DNA of 64,000 nt from Bacteroidota bacterium (lineage in GTDB: Bacteria > Bacteroidota > Bacteroidia > Bacteroidales > WCHB1-69), in the NCBI GenBank assembly GCA_017860455.1, contig JAGDMF010000013.1:556-64555 (forward strand). Direction: 5' to 3'. This document shows, in pieces, positions 19,609 to 30,670 of the stretch. How positions within the stretch are numbered: position 1 is the first letter of the stretch; each line of letters starts with the position of its first letter. Position numbers and translations under genes: made by a program. The notes beneath the pieces are model-generated. The model searched no databases. It saw only the letters and a list, made by a program, of their open reading frames with translations, and was not told where the DNA came from.

Positions 19609-20973
19609 TTAAGGTCGCAAATGTACAATTTTTTTTGATAAATCTTTGATATCAATTCCGTTAAAATTTCCTGATGACATCAACAGAAAAACAGTATTCC
19701 GGGTATCAAAAGACAATAGTTTAGACTCCAATTCTTTTGAATTGTTTAAAACTAAAAGATCTTTTCTTTGAAAAGCATCAATAATCATCGGAATATCGAA
19801 AGGAGGCAATTTTTTGTGGGTAATCACTTCAGGATTATAAAAAACAATAGCAGTATCAGCTGCATCCATGCAACCTTTATATTCGCTTAGAAATTGCTTA
19901 TTCAAACTGCTAAAAGTATGAAGTTCCATACAGGCGATAAGTTTACGATCTGCAAATTGTTCCCGCACAGCATCAATTGTTGCTTTTAATTTAGATGGTG
20001 AATGGGCAAAATCCTTATAAACTGAACAATCTTCATTTTTTTCCATCAATTCCAGTCTATTGCTCGCTCCCTTAAAGGTTGAAATGGCATTATAAAAATC
20101 TTGTTCCTTCATCCCAATTGTCAAACATGCATTTTTAGCTGCATTGATATTGGAAAGATTATGTTTTCCAAATATTTGCAATGGGATATCACCATAAGTT
20201 GTTGTCAAATAGGTAATTCCATTTTTAATTAGATACGGATGAACAGAATATCCGATTTTATTGGTTTTAAGTATGGATTTACTTAATTGATTCAATTCCG
20301 TATCATCCTGGCAGTATATAAAAGTGCCTTTTTCCGGAATCATATCGGCAAATATTTTGAATTGCTCAATGTAAATATCAAAAGTTGGAAATACATTGAT
20401 ATGATCCCATGCAATTCCACTAATGATTCCTATATCAGGTTGATACAAATGAAATTTTGGTCTTCGATCGATAGGTGAAGTAAGATATTCATCCCCTTCA
20501 ATTACCATAATTTTGGCTTCATCGGATAATTTTACCATCACTTCAAATCCTGCTAATTGGGCTCCAACCATGTAATCACAAGAAAAATGACAACTTTGAA
20601 GTACATGAATAATCATGGAGGTGATGGTTGTTTTTCCGTGACTACCACCCACAACAATTCTTAATTTATCTTTACTTTGTTCGTACAGAAATTCGGGATA
20701 GGAGTAGATTTTGAGACCCAGCTCTTTAGCTTTAATCAGCTCCGGATTATCAATCAAAGCATGCATTCCCAGAATAACAGCATCCAGTTCAGGAGTGATT
20801 AGATCTGGATTCCATCCGATTTGGGAAGGTAATATGCCGTATTTTTCCAAACGTGATTTGGCAGGGTCAAAAATTTCATCATCTGAACCGCTAATTTGGT
20901 ACCCTTTTAAATGAAGAGCAATAGCTAAATTGTGCATCGCACTACCCCCAATTGCAATAAAATGTATTCTCAT
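19609..20973 (-). CDS. Mur ligase family protein (Mpl-like murein peptide ligase)
   Basis: HFIAIGGSAMHNLA, GSHGKTTIT, EGDEY, DFAHSP. Confidence 0.88.
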   Translation of the reverse strand: MRIHFIAIGGSAMHNLAIALHLKGYQISGSDDEIFDPAKSRLEKYGILPSQIGWNPDLITPELDAVILGMHALIDNPELIKAKELGLKIYSYPEFLYEQSKDKLRIVVGGSHGKTTITSMIIHVLQSCHFSCDYMVGAQLAGFEVMVKLSDEAKIMVIEGDEYLTSPIDRRPKFHLYQPDIGIISGIAWDHINVFPTFDIYIEQFKIFADMIPEKGTFIYCQDDTELNQLSKSILKTNKIGYSVHPYLIKNGITYLTTTYGDIPLQIFGKHNLSNINAAKNACLTIGMKEQDFYNAISTFKGASNRLELMEKNEDCSVYKDFAHSPSKLKATIDAVREQFADRKLIACMELHTFSSLNKQFLSEYKGCMDAADTAIVFYNPEVITHKKLPPFDIPMIIDAFQRKDLLVLNNSKELESKLLSFDTRNTVFLLMSSGNFNGIDIKDLSKKIVHLRP

Positions 20974-21108
20974 CTTTCTAAAATTTTAAATACAAAATTA
21001 ACAAAATTAAAAATTCAAAAAAGCACTGTTTATGAAAACTATAAACAATCGGGTGAGGATTATTTATTTTAGGAAAAGGTGTAAAATAAGGATTCTAAAT
21101 CAAAAAAA

Positions 21109-23148
21109 CTATTGTTTAATCAATTTTGAAACATACTTTTTTTGATCTATAATGGAGTGAACCAAATAAATTCCAGAAGATAAATGGGCTATCTTAATCA
21201 TTTGTGTATCAGTATATCCAGATTGCACTAATTTCCCATTCATATCAAAAATCTGATATGAAATTCTATGGTTCAAGTCTGACGGATAATTTACAATATC
21301 ATAAGTCGGATTTGGATATAAATGGATCGGTTCGCTATCAATCAGATAGTTTTCTGCTATGGAAACATTGTTTTCAGCAGTAGTCATAATCATTCCATTA
21401 TAGCCACACACATATAAATCTCCTGAAGGAGTTTTGGTTACCTCTCTCACATTAACGGAAGTAAATCTTTTAAAATCAGCCCAGTTTAATCCTTTGTTTA
21501 TGGAATAGAAACAATTTCCGGTTGTAGTAAAAGTTAAGATGGTGTCAGAATTAGTTTTTATAATGGATCTAATTTCACGATTAATAGGTAATGAGATGGA
21601 GGTCCAATTCATTCCTCCGTTGACAGATCTTAAAATTTTCCCATTAACAGTACCTGCTAGAATGGTATCAGCACTCAAATAGATAAAAGTATTGATAATA
21701 TTGGTGATTCCTGAAGTAAGTTGATTCCACGAATCTCCTCCATCAATGGTTTTGAGTATCACCCCATTATTACCCATAGCGAGTCCGTTTTGGAGATCAA
21801 AGAATCCGATCTTATTTAAATTTTGAGTTGTAGGAGTTGAAATTTCAGTCCAAGTTTCACCATCTATAGATTTATAAATCTTGCCCATTGTTGCAGACAT
21901 CCAAAGGTGAGTTGGATCACCAATATGAATATCAGTGATGCCGTAAAAAGTTCCTGTATTGTAACCTGTCCAGGTTAATCCGGCATCTACTGTTTTTTGA
22001 GCATATCCAACGGATCCGACTAACCAACCTAACTGATTATCATAAAATTTGATTCTCTTAAATGAAGAGATGGCGGGTAATGTGATTAAATTCCATGACA
22101 ATCCCTTGTTAATAGTTCTCATTAAAAAGCCATCATCTCCGGAAATAAATCCAATATCATCAGTTGGAAAACATATTGTGCTATAGTTCTTATAATCATT
22201 AACATAAGTTTGATAGTTGCTAAAATTTACCCCTCCATCTATTGATTTCCAAATTCCGCCAAACTCACCTACCGTAATTATTGTACTAGCATTTAATGCA
22301 AATAGTGCATTTAAATCATCATAATCTCCAATAACAACATGATCCCAGCTTGAACCACCGTTATTAGTGCGCATTAAACCATAATCATCCGTAGCAATAA
22401 ATCCAATACTACTTGTAAGAAACTGCAGTTTATTGATTATTGAAGTAGTGTTCAGATTAATTGGGGTCCAGGATGTTCCACCATTTTCAGTTTTCAATAA
22501 AGTGCCCCAGGTTCCACCTACATATCCTATTTGATCATTTACAAAGAATGTACAATACAAATCTTCGTCAATACCGGTAAACATTGCATTCCAGCTTGCT
22601 CCTCCATTGATTGTTTTGACAATATATCCACTAGTTGTAGAAATAAAACCCGTTTGATTTGAAACAAAAAATATTTCGTACAAATCTTCGGTCGTGCTAG
22701 AAGAAATGAGAGTCCAGGAAACCCCACCATCAATGGAATGGTACAATTCTCCGTAATCACTGGTCATAAATCCTTCTAGGTAAGAAATAAAAAATATATC
22801 ATGATAACTTTTAGTAGATGAAACCGAAGCACATGGGATCCATGTACTTCCACCATCATAAGTTCTGGATGCTACTCCATATCCACACACCCATCCGGAA
22901 TCCTGATTCAGAAAAAAAACCGATTCAATATCGTTTATTGAAATATTTCCTGCATAATCCCATGTTAAACCACCATCAATTGTCGAGATCAATACGCCAC
23001 TATTTCCTACGGCAAATCCTTTTGTATCTGTTACAAATGTAATATCTGTCAGTGTATTTCCTTGTGGTAAAGGGTTTAGCCATCTCCATTGTGAATATCC
23101 TGTTAAAAGGAATATTAAAAAAACTAATAAAAGTGCTATTTTTTTCAT
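21109..23148 (-). CDS. YCF48/BNR-repeat beta-propeller protein with T9SS type A C-terminal domain
   Basis: Many T.DGG.TW Asp-box repeats and C-terminal LYPNPT...SGIYLV...KLIKQ. Confidence 0.9.
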   Translation of the reverse strand: MKKIALLLVFLIFLLTGYSQWRWLNPLPQGNTLTDITFVTDTKGFAVGNSGVLISTIDGGLTWDYAGNISINDIESVFFLNQDSGWVCGYGVASRTYDGGSTWIPCASVSSTKSYHDIFFISYLEGFMTSDYGELYHSIDGGVSWTLISSSTTEDLYEIFFVSNQTGFISTTSGYIVKTINGGASWNAMFTGIDEDLYCTFFVNDQIGYVGGTWGTLLKTENGGTSWTPINLNTTSIINKLQFLTSSIGFIATDDYGLMRTNNGGSSWDHVVIGDYDDLNALFALNASTIITVGEFGGIWKSIDGGVNFSNYQTYVNDYKNYSTICFPTDDIGFISGDDGFLMRTINKGLSWNLITLPAISSFKRIKFYDNQLGWLVGSVGYAQKTVDAGLTWTGYNTGTFYGITDIHIGDPTHLWMSATMGKIYKSIDGETWTEISTPTTQNLNKIGFFDLQNGLAMGNNGVILKTIDGGDSWNQLTSGITNIINTFIYLSADTILAGTVNGKILRSVNGGMNWTSISLPINREIRSIIKTNSDTILTFTTTGNCFYSINKGLNWADFKRFTSVNVREVTKTPSGDLYVCGYNGMIMTTAENNVSIAENYLIDSEPIHLYPNPTYDIVNYPSDLNHRISYQIFDMNGKLVQSGYTDTQMIKIAHLSSGIYLVHSIIDQKKYVSKLIKQ

Positions 23149-23159
23149 GGCTATTACAT

Positions 23160-23669
23160 TTATTTTATTTTTAGATATTCTTTGAGTTTATTTTCATTTT
23201 TGGCAGTTATCAATTTTTTCATTTCCCCTTTGATGATAACCCCATTTTCGGGATTTTCACAATATTGAATAAAAATCAAAATCCCATTATAGTTAATATC
23301 ATTTGCTGAAGGCTTATCATTTTTATGTTCTATAGCATATTTTAAAGAAGCTGCCATATAAACACTTGATAATAAGGACTGTTTTTTACAAATTTTTGTA
23401 ATTTTATCTTCAATCGTAAATGAATAATCGGGAGTTCCGGTCATCCAGTTAATCATAAATAAAAAAGCATTTAAATTATCTATGTTTGAACTATTAGTTT
23501 CATAATTATTTTGAAGAATAAAATCGGCACACTGCAGTGCTAAAGATTCATATTCAGCATAATTGGTATTAGAATCAAATTTAATATCTGATACTTTTGG
23601 TGCTTTTTGAGCAATAGTAACAACGGTTATTGCCAAAAAAAACAGATGAAATAATAACGTTTTTTTCAT
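23160..23669 (-). CDS. Hypothetical secreted protein
   Basis: 169 aa with a signal peptide. TAnnTTTG box at about 23746-23753 (-). Confidence 0.7.
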   Translation of the reverse strand: MKKTLLFHLFFLAITVVTIAQKAPKVSDIKFDSNTNYAEYESLALQCADFILQNNYETNSSNIDNLNAFLFMINWMTGTPDYSFTIEDKITKICKKQSLLSSVYMAASLKYAIEHKNDKPSANDINYNGILIFIQYCENPENGVIIKGEMKKLITAKNENKLKEYLKIK

Positions 23670-23785
23670 ATTTTTTATATTTAAAGGTTTTTAATTTTGG
23701 AAAAGCAAACAATAGCCACAAATTCTTTCCATGAGATTAGAGTTGCAAATATAAAAAAAAATATAATAACTTATTAATTCAATGA

Positions 23786-23975
23786 AAAATAAAGAAAGGC
23801 GAAAGGCGAAAGGCAAAGGGCGAAGGGCGAATGATAAATGAATAATGAATAATGAATAATGAATAATGAATAATTGAGCACATGAGCATTTGAACACATG
23901 AGCACATTGAGTACTCGAGCAATCGAGCAATCGAGCAATCGAGCATTCGAGCAATCGAGCATTCGAGCATTCGAA
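23786..23975. repeat. Ordered octamer/heptamer mosaic directly after a stop codon
   Basis: Minus strand from the 23977 stop reads (GAWTGCTC)n, (ATGTGCTC)n, (ATTATTC)n, (TTCGCCY)n. Confidence 0.92.
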
Positions 23976-23976
23976 T

Positions 23977-26900
23977 CTATTTATTCAATAAAACCTTTTG
24001 AAAAAAGAACTCCTCTTTTTGTTTGATTTTTAGGATATAAATTCCATTAGAAAAATCGGAAAGATCAATGGTAAAAGGATTTTGATCAATCTCTGAATAT
24101 TGTTTTAACTTTATACCGGTTAAAGAATAAATGGTAATTTCATCCGGCATGAATGAAGAACATTTGATGTATATTTTACCGGTTGTAGGATTTGGTGTAA
24201 TCTGATAGAATTCATTTTTCATTTCAGTTATTCCTGAACAGTCATCCACTTCCACCCAAAAAGTATCCGTTGCAGTACATTGATTCTGATCTGAAAAAGT
24301 GTAAACAATAGGCCAAATTCCAGGAGTTACATTTGTTGGGTCAAATTGATTTCCGGTAACTCCTACTCCGGTAAAAATACCGCCAACAGGAGTTCCTGTC
24401 ATGGTTGATGGAAGATGATAAGTGCAATAAAAGTCATTTAGACCTGATAATTGTACATGGGGAACGGTATCCACTTTTATAAGTCTAAAGATGGAGCCGG
24501 TACAACCTGTTCCGGGATCAGTATACGTATAAAACGCATCATAAGTATATGGGGCTAAACCAGTTGGATCAAAAATACCATTATTGATATAAACACCTGA
24601 ATATACACCTCCTGTAGGAGTTGCACCTGTTAAAACTAAAGGAGAAGCATTTTCACAAATTTGGATTGGAGCTGAACTCCAGGTAAGAACAGGATTGGGA
24701 TTAACTTGAAATTGAGTTGGAGTTGTAAAAGTACCCAGACTACATTGCGCATTTAAGATTTCACATTTGTATTGTTTTCCGTTTTCGTATTGAGTGATGG
24801 GATTAAAAGTGAGTACTGGTGTATTATATCCGATAATATTAGGGTTTAATCCGCTGATAAGTTGATTATTTTCATACCATCTATAACTGTATAATTGAGG
24901 AGATTGTACCGAAACGGAAATAACGGCACTACTAGAATCACACAAAGAATAACCGGCTGGTTGTGATATGATTTGAGCTCCCTGAACCACTCTGATCAAA
25001 GCAGGTGATGTATAGGTTTGTGAGATTCCGGAACAACCGGTTAGCTTACATCTCACCCAAGTGCTGTCATTCGCGGTTGTTGCATTTTGAATCCTAAGGA
25101 AACGACCATTTGGAACCAAGTTAGAAGGAACACCGGTAACCGGAATATAGGTACCGTTTTGCAGGATTTCCCATTCATAGAGGGCTGAAAGATCAGAACT
25201 ATTAGTTGAAACAGAATCAGTTGTCCCTTCACAAAGTGTGATTGAAAGTGGTTGAGCGGTAATAGGTGCACCCACAATGATCATTCCTCCATTTCCGTAG
25301 CCTCTTGGAGAGCAATAATCGTGCACATAAGGTCGGTACAAAAACCCATTCATATTGGAATTAATGGTATTCAATTTCAATTTTGAATAATAGGTTGAAC
25401 TCGGATATCCAACACTATAATTGGTAATTTCAAAATTGCTGTCATAATAATCGATATCACTCCAGCCATTTCCGTTTAAAGAATCCACTTGCCATCCGGC
25501 ATACCAGCTATATTGAAAATTAATATTGGCCGAATTGGTCAGAGTTACATTAAAATAGGCAGTATCACCCGGACATTTTTCACGGTTAATGACTGTTCCC
25601 GTTACAATAGGCGCCGGTAAATTATTATGAACCACAACCCCCAAACTATCAGATGAAGTACATCCGTACTGACTAATTGCCTGCATTCTGAGAACACCGG
25701 AAATGGGTAACAGCTGGGCAGTATTTCCGGAAAAATTGATCAATTGATTAGGAGTAGTGGTCGTATAAGTGTAATTGGGATCACCAAAATTAACATCCAG
25801 GGTATCGAATTGACAAAGGTGTGTTCTCCACATATTGTACATATCCATTTTAGGAAGTGCAATATAAGGTTTAGGTCTTGAAAAAACGGTCACCGTATCA
25901 GATGCAACACAACCGTTATAGGTTGCAGTAACCACATATTGTGTAGTTAAAGGTGGTTTTACATAAGGATTTTGGGAAGTAGCCGTATTGATATATGCAG
26001 TTGGTCCCCAGCTGTATGTAGCTGTAGATTGGTTAGAGGTAAGGTTCAGTTGAACACTATCTCCGGCGCAAAAAGTGTAGGATTCTGGTAATGAAATGGC
26101 AATATCATGATTCGAATAGGTAACCTGAACTGTATCTGTTAATGTACAACCATTATAGGTAGCATAGAGAATATAAGTTGTTGGTCTTCCGGGATTTACA
26201 TAAGGTGTTTTAGATCCATTTGATGAAAAACCAAGATCAGGATACCAGCCAAAAGCCACATTGGATGTAGGTGTAATAGCACCATTTAGTTGTACGCTTG
26301 TTCCGCAACTGGCGATTTTATCAGGACCAGCGGAAACAGTTAAGGCAGGTGTGGCATTTACCGGAGCGAAACGAACGGAGAAAATTTTACCATAGGATGA
26401 AGTATTATTACTGGTTAAAGGATACCAGGTTTGCGATCCTTTAAAATTGCCCCACAAAATCTGACCTTCATAATCATCTATAAGAGCAACTCCTGTATAA
26501 TATTGATCAGAAGAACTGCTTACCAGTTTATTTACACGAGCCATAATTACATTGCCGTTAGTATCTAAGGTCGCATTAAACGCCCGGTAACTACCTCCTG
26601 AAACAGTGGCGTACATAGGGTAATCTCCCAAATAGGGCTGGTTACTATATAATGATCCGCAAACTCCAATTTTGTTGTTGTAATAAGTCAATCTGGTAGC
26701 CATTTCAGAAGAATTTTGTCCACCGATTGTTTTCAACCAGATATTATCTCCATTTAATGCAAATTTTGCCACATAACCATTTTCATCATAAGTGGTATAA
26801 GTATTCGGATACAGGTTGGTTTGTCCGATAATTTTCCCACAAATGATAATGGATTGATTATCAGCCATTGCAATATCGTAAATATTAAAATATCCGGAAG

Positions 26901-27798
26901 AAAAATGGCTCCCTCCTAACCTACCCCAGACGCAATTTCCTGACAATCCATCATATTTAGCGTAAAAAAGGGAAGACCCTGCAACTCCACCGGGAACAGC
27001 AATTTGATCATCAAATTGGAATAAGGAAGTGGATATTCCTGCATGGCCAAAAACATAAACTCCTCCTGAAGTATCACAAACAACTCCAAAACCGGCATCA
27101 TCAGCTGGTGTCCCGATATGTTTTACATAAATGGGAGCTCCTGTAGAATCCAGTTTCAAAAGAAAAGCATCATCACGCCACATGTTATTACCACCGTAAT
27201 TGTCTGCCACTACTGTACCCATTTTAAAAATATTATCTTCGAATGATCCTACCACATAGACATTTTTATCACGATCTGAGGCGATTCCGTTTGCCTGACA
27301 ATCTGCAAACGTTTTACTGGTATGAGATATCCAGACAGGTTGTAAGTTTGAATCAAAACGGGCCATAAAAGCTCTGTTCACCGTTACTGTTGGAAGCAAT
27401 GAATCTCCTATGTGCACGGTTGAACCTTTCCAATAACCGGTAATATAGACACTATTATCTATTCCGATATGCACTTTCTTAACGACACAATAATCACTGC
27501 TATTGGAATACCATGCAGCAACATTTGCGTTTAAAACAGTTCCGGAAGTATCCGATGTGGCTAAAAAATAATGATAAGTGCCGATGAGTGGCAAAGTCAG
27601 ACTCCCTAAATTAAGAGACCCACTACCATACGAACCGCATATAGTAAAAAGAGAATCTGATCTTCTTCCACCATCAACTATAGCATTATAGGAAGAATTA
27701 CCTCCGTACGTTTTTAATCCTATTGCATTTTGACAGTTTTGAGAAAAAAGAGCATTTGTAATAACAATGATCAACAACGCAGGAATAATTCTTTTCAT
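23977..27798 (-). CDS. Large T9SS-secreted surface protein (beta-propeller plus Ig-like repeats)
   Basis: 1273 aa with a signal peptide, SBBP-like propeller repeats (D..GN.YV.G.F), Ig/SprB-like repeats and C-terminal TPNPT...NGIYIL...KVLLNK. Confidence 0.85.
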   Translation of the reverse strand: MKRIIPALLIIVITNALFSQNCQNAIGLKTYGGNSSYNAIVDGGRRSDSLFTICGSYGSGSLNLGSLTLPLIGTYHYFLATSDTSGTVLNANVAAWYSNSSDYCVVKKVHIGIDNSVYITGYWKGSTVHIGDSLLPTVTVNRAFMARFDSNLQPVWISHTSKTFADCQANGIASDRDKNVYVVGSFEDNIFKMGTVVADNYGGNNMWRDDAFLLKLDSTGAPIYVKHIGTPADDAGFGVVCDTSGGVYVFGHAGISTSLFQFDDQIAVPGGVAGSSLFYAKYDGLSGNCVWGRLGGSHFSSGYFNIYDIAMADNQSIIICGKIIGQTNLYPNTYTTYDENGYVAKFALNGDNIWLKTIGGQNSSEMATRLTYYNNKIGVCGSLYSNQPYLGDYPMYATVSGGSYRAFNATLDTNGNVIMARVNKLVSSSSDQYYTGVALIDDYEGQILWGNFKGSQTWYPLTSNNTSSYGKIFSVRFAPVNATPALTVSAGPDKIASCGTSVQLNGAITPTSNVAFGWYPDLGFSSNGSKTPYVNPGRPTTYILYATYNGCTLTDTVQVTYSNHDIAISLPESYTFCAGDSVQLNLTSNQSTATYSWGPTAYINTATSQNPYVKPPLTTQYVVTATYNGCVASDTVTVFSRPKPYIALPKMDMYNMWRTHLCQFDTLDVNFGDPNYTYTTTTPNQLINFSGNTAQLLPISGVLRMQAISQYGCTSSDSLGVVVHNNLPAPIVTGTVINREKCPGDTAYFNVTLTNSANINFQYSWYAGWQVDSLNGNGWSDIDYYDSNFEITNYSVGYPSSTYYSKLKLNTINSNMNGFLYRPYVHDYCSPRGYGNGGMIIVGAPITAQPLSITLCEGTTDSVSTNSSDLSALYEWEILQNGTYIPVTGVPSNLVPNGRFLRIQNATTANDSTWVRCKLTGCSGISQTYTSPALIRVVQGAQIISQPAGYSLCDSSSAVISVSVQSPQLYSYRWYENNQLISGLNPNIIGYNTPVLTFNPITQYENGKQYKCEILNAQCSLGTFTTPTQFQVNPNPVLTWSSAPIQICENASPLVLTGATPTGGVYSGVYINNGIFDPTGLAPYTYDAFYTYTDPGTGCTGSIFRLIKVDTVPHVQLSGLNDFYCTYHLPSTMTGTPVGGIFTGVGVTGNQFDPTNVTPGIWPIVYTFSDQNQCTATDTFWVEVDDCSGITEMKNEFYQITPNPTTGKIYIKCSSFMPDEITIYSLTGIKLKQYSEIDQNPFTIDLSDFSNGIYILKIKQKEEFFFQKVLLNK

Positions 27799-27807
27799 AG
27801 ATTAATT

Positions 27808-28242
27808 TTAATTTTTAATAAATGTTAAATAGTCAATACTACCATCCCCTCCACTAACATGTTTTAGTTCGATTTTAGTATCTGTGTAGGATAATATTTC
27901 CCAATCCTCAGATATTTCTTCAAATGGACCATCGGAAACGGCAAAAGTAATAATTAATTTTGGAGTACTGTCATCAGTACCTTTTACCCATGTTCCGGTT
28001 TGTGTTGAGGAGCCGTTGGTAGCGGTTAAAACACCACTTTCTGCAAATGTAAACTGATAACCGGAAAAATAGGAAGTGTGATCTGAGCCATCTTCCATGA
28101 AACTGGATACTTTCCATTCTCCTTGTTTTACAACATCATTGATGTTATTATTGGAATTATCATCTGTACAACTTGATAATAACACTATCATTATCAATGT
28201 GATAGAAAAAAAGCCTGCAATTTTATTGGTAATTGATTTCAT
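27808..28242 (-). CDS. Hypothetical lipoprotein (lipocalin-like)
   Basis: Lipobox LSSC and G.WKV...GTW motifs. Confidence 0.75.
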   Translation of the reverse strand: MKSITNKIAGFFSITLIMIVLLSSCTDDNSNNNINDVVKQGEWKVSSFMEDGSDHTSYFSGYQFTFAESGVLTATNGSSTQTGTWVKGTDDSTPKLIITFAVSDGPFEEISEDWEILSYTDTKIELKHVSGGDGSIDYLTFIKN

Positions 28243-28506
28243 GATTTTTTGTTTTTTAATAATTATTGTTTTTTGAAGGCTCGCATTTATAGACAGCTAA
28301 AGCCCTTTTATGTTGCCAAAAGTAGATAAAAAAACAATATAGATATTTTAAATAGTTTTTATATACATTATTGACGCTATCTATATTTTATATCTAATCA
28401 TCATATTACTAAAGTGTTACATCGTTTAACATTATGAAACATTAAGAAACATTATTAAAAAAAATGGTTATGAGCAGAAAAAAATGTACTTTTGTCTCAA
28501 AAAAAA

Positions 28507-28836
28507 ATGGCCACAACACAAGATTTTGCAGATTACATTTTGGATCAAATTGACTACAAAGGAATTATAACTTACAGAAAGATGTTTGGAGAATATGCTG
28601 TTTATGCAGATGGTAAAGTAGTTGCACTTATTGCAGAAAATAAGTTGTATGTAAAGCCAACGGACGGAGGAAGAAAATTTATTGGAGAAGTAATAGAAGC
28701 ACCTGCCTATCCGGGCGCTAAAATGAGTTTTCTTGTAGAGGATCAATTAGATGACCGATTGTGGATCAGTAAGTTAATTGAGATTACAGCTTTAGAGGTA
28801 CCGGAACCAAAACCAAAAAAGAAAAAGATTAAATAG
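28507..28836 (+). CDS. TfoX/Sxy N-terminal domain protein
   Basis: ITYRKMFGEYAVY.DGK...LYVKPT...PYPGAK. Start 28507 preferred because a TAnnTTTG box lies at 28487-28494. Confidence 0.9.
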   Translation: MATTQDFADYILDQIDYKGIITYRKMFGEYAVYADGKVVALIAENKLYVKPTDGGRKFIGEVIEAPAYPGAKMSFLVEDQLDDRLWISKLIEITALEVPEPKPKKKKIK

Positions 28837-30670
28837 CTAATTGATGCATTAACACCAGCAAAGCAACGCTGTTGTTAATGATATGAAATATTATTCCTGC
28901 CAGTAATCCCCCGGATTGTTTTCTAAAAACTCCCGTAATCATACCAAATGTGAAATAAAATGGGAATAGAATTAAATTATAGTGAATAATTGCAAAAAGT
29001 AAAGATTGTACAACATTGGCACTCCAAAAATTCAGATAACTTTGAGTGGCATCCTGAATCACTCCTCTAAAAACGATCTCTTCGTATATGGGACCAATGA
29101 TTCCTATTAATAAAAATGGTATCCATTTGCCATAAGCTGTAAAAAGATCCGTAATCGATTCTTTCATAGATAAAAGCGGTGAAAAGAGGTTTGATATCTG
29201 ATCAATTTCAATGTCAAGAGATTTAGACATAATCAGGACATATATAGCAGAAATTATTTTTACAATAAAAAAAGTACCGATACTAATACCGATTACTTTG
29301 AGAAGTGACCATTTTTGAGTATAATAAATATTCCATTTTTTATTAAACGCTAAACTAAATGCAAACAATGCAAAAATGATAACGAAAACCATATTTACCT
29401 GAGGTAATGCATCCGACTGTACACTAAATTCCCATGAACGGAATTTAGAATAAATAATATCAGGAGCCATTAAAAACGAGCAAAAATTGGCAAATAAATA
29501 CCCAAAACTAATCCACCAGAAATTTTTTAAACCCCAAAATGTGGGTGAAGTTTTAGGTTTATTTTTAAAATTCCAGTAATTCCCGATAAAATAAATTGGC
29601 AGAATCCAAAAAGAAGGAACTAAGAATAATAGGCCAACTATTAAAAGGAAAATAATGATACTTATCACATCACGCCATTTAAATAATAGAAATGGATTTT
29701 TTAAGAGAACTCGTACCCGATACAACCCCAGAGGATCAACTTTAAAACCTATATCTCTGAATTGATTATAGGTTACAATTGCTTGTTTTCCGCTGCCATA
29801 TTTCAAATCATGAATCAAAAGATTTAATAATGCACCATTTTTATCCCAACTGATAGCTGTATCTGAAACTAAATAGACTCTTGCCATATCGATTTCACCC
29901 ACTTTTTCAAATGATTTCGCTAAATCTGACAATGTGAGTAAAGTTGAATCCATTGTAAGAATTTTTTTATACAAATCTAATGCTAATGAATACTCTTTTA
30001 AATCAAAAAGCAGATTAGCTTTACTTTGTAGGGTATAAACATCATCATCTTTGAATTGATCTGACTTAAATTGGACAATAGCATCTTTTTCACGACCTGA
30101 ATAAACAAGCATTTCGTAATAATAAATGGAATTTTTATATATTGCATTATACACAATAGCTTTATCCATAAAAGTCAATGCTTCATCATACAATTCTTGA
30201 TTATACAGTGAGAGAGATTGTTCATAATACACAATCTCTTTTTGATTATCCGTCCATTGTTCAGGATTATCAAGGATTAATTGTTCAGCCTTTTTTAAAA
30301 CAGAATCCTTGAAATCACCATATTCAATTTCAATTTGATATAGTAAGACGGATGGATTATCAGGGAATTTATGAATTAAAGAATAGTAGCAACTATCAAA
30401 AAGCGATTGATTCGGATTTATTTCATTTTGAGTATCATATTGAACTTTTTCAAGAAACTTGCATTTTTGAATGAGAATTTCCTCATTAGTTGGATTATTT
30501 TGAATCGCCAAATCATATTTTTGAATACAGTTTTGAATATAGATCTGATCAATGTTTTGAATATTCCGAATCAATATTTCATGATTTAGTTCATTTTGAG
30601 AAAAGAGTCGAATGGACAAATTCTGTATAACTAAAAATGCGGTTAAAAAAAGGATGATTTTTTTATTCAT
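28829..30670 (-). CDS. CPBP (Abi/CAAX) intramembrane glutamic endopeptidase with an N-terminal TPR-like domain
   Basis: EEIVFRG, FAIIH and HIINN motifs, multiple TM segments, and about 330 aa of helical N-terminal domain after a signal peptide. Confidence 0.85.
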   Translation of the reverse strand: MNKKIILFLTAFLVIQNLSIRLFSQNELNHEILIRNIQNIDQIYIQNCIQKYDLAIQNNPTNEEILIQKCKFLEKVQYDTQNEINPNQSLFDSCYYSLIHKFPDNPSVLLYQIEIEYGDFKDSVLKKAEQLILDNPEQWTDNQKEIVYYEQSLSLYNQELYDEALTFMDKAIVYNAIYKNSIYYYEMLVYSGREKDAIVQFKSDQFKDDDVYTLQSKANLLFDLKEYSLALDLYKKILTMDSTLLTLSDLAKSFEKVGEIDMARVYLVSDTAISWDKNGALLNLLIHDLKYGSGKQAIVTYNQFRDIGFKVDPLGLYRVRVLLKNPFLLFKWRDVISIIIFLLIVGLLFLVPSFWILPIYFIGNYWNFKNKPKTSPTFWGLKNFWWISFGYLFANFCSFLMAPDIIYSKFRSWEFSVQSDALPQVNMVFVIIFALFAFSLAFNKKWNIYYTQKWSLLKVIGISIGTFFIVKIISAIYVLIMSKSLDIEIDQISNLFSPLLSMKESITDLFTAYGKWIPFLLIGIIGPIYEEIVFRGVIQDATQSYLNFWSANVVQSLLFAIIHYNLILFPFYFTFGMITGVFRKQSGGLLAGIIFHIINNSVALLVLMHQLAI

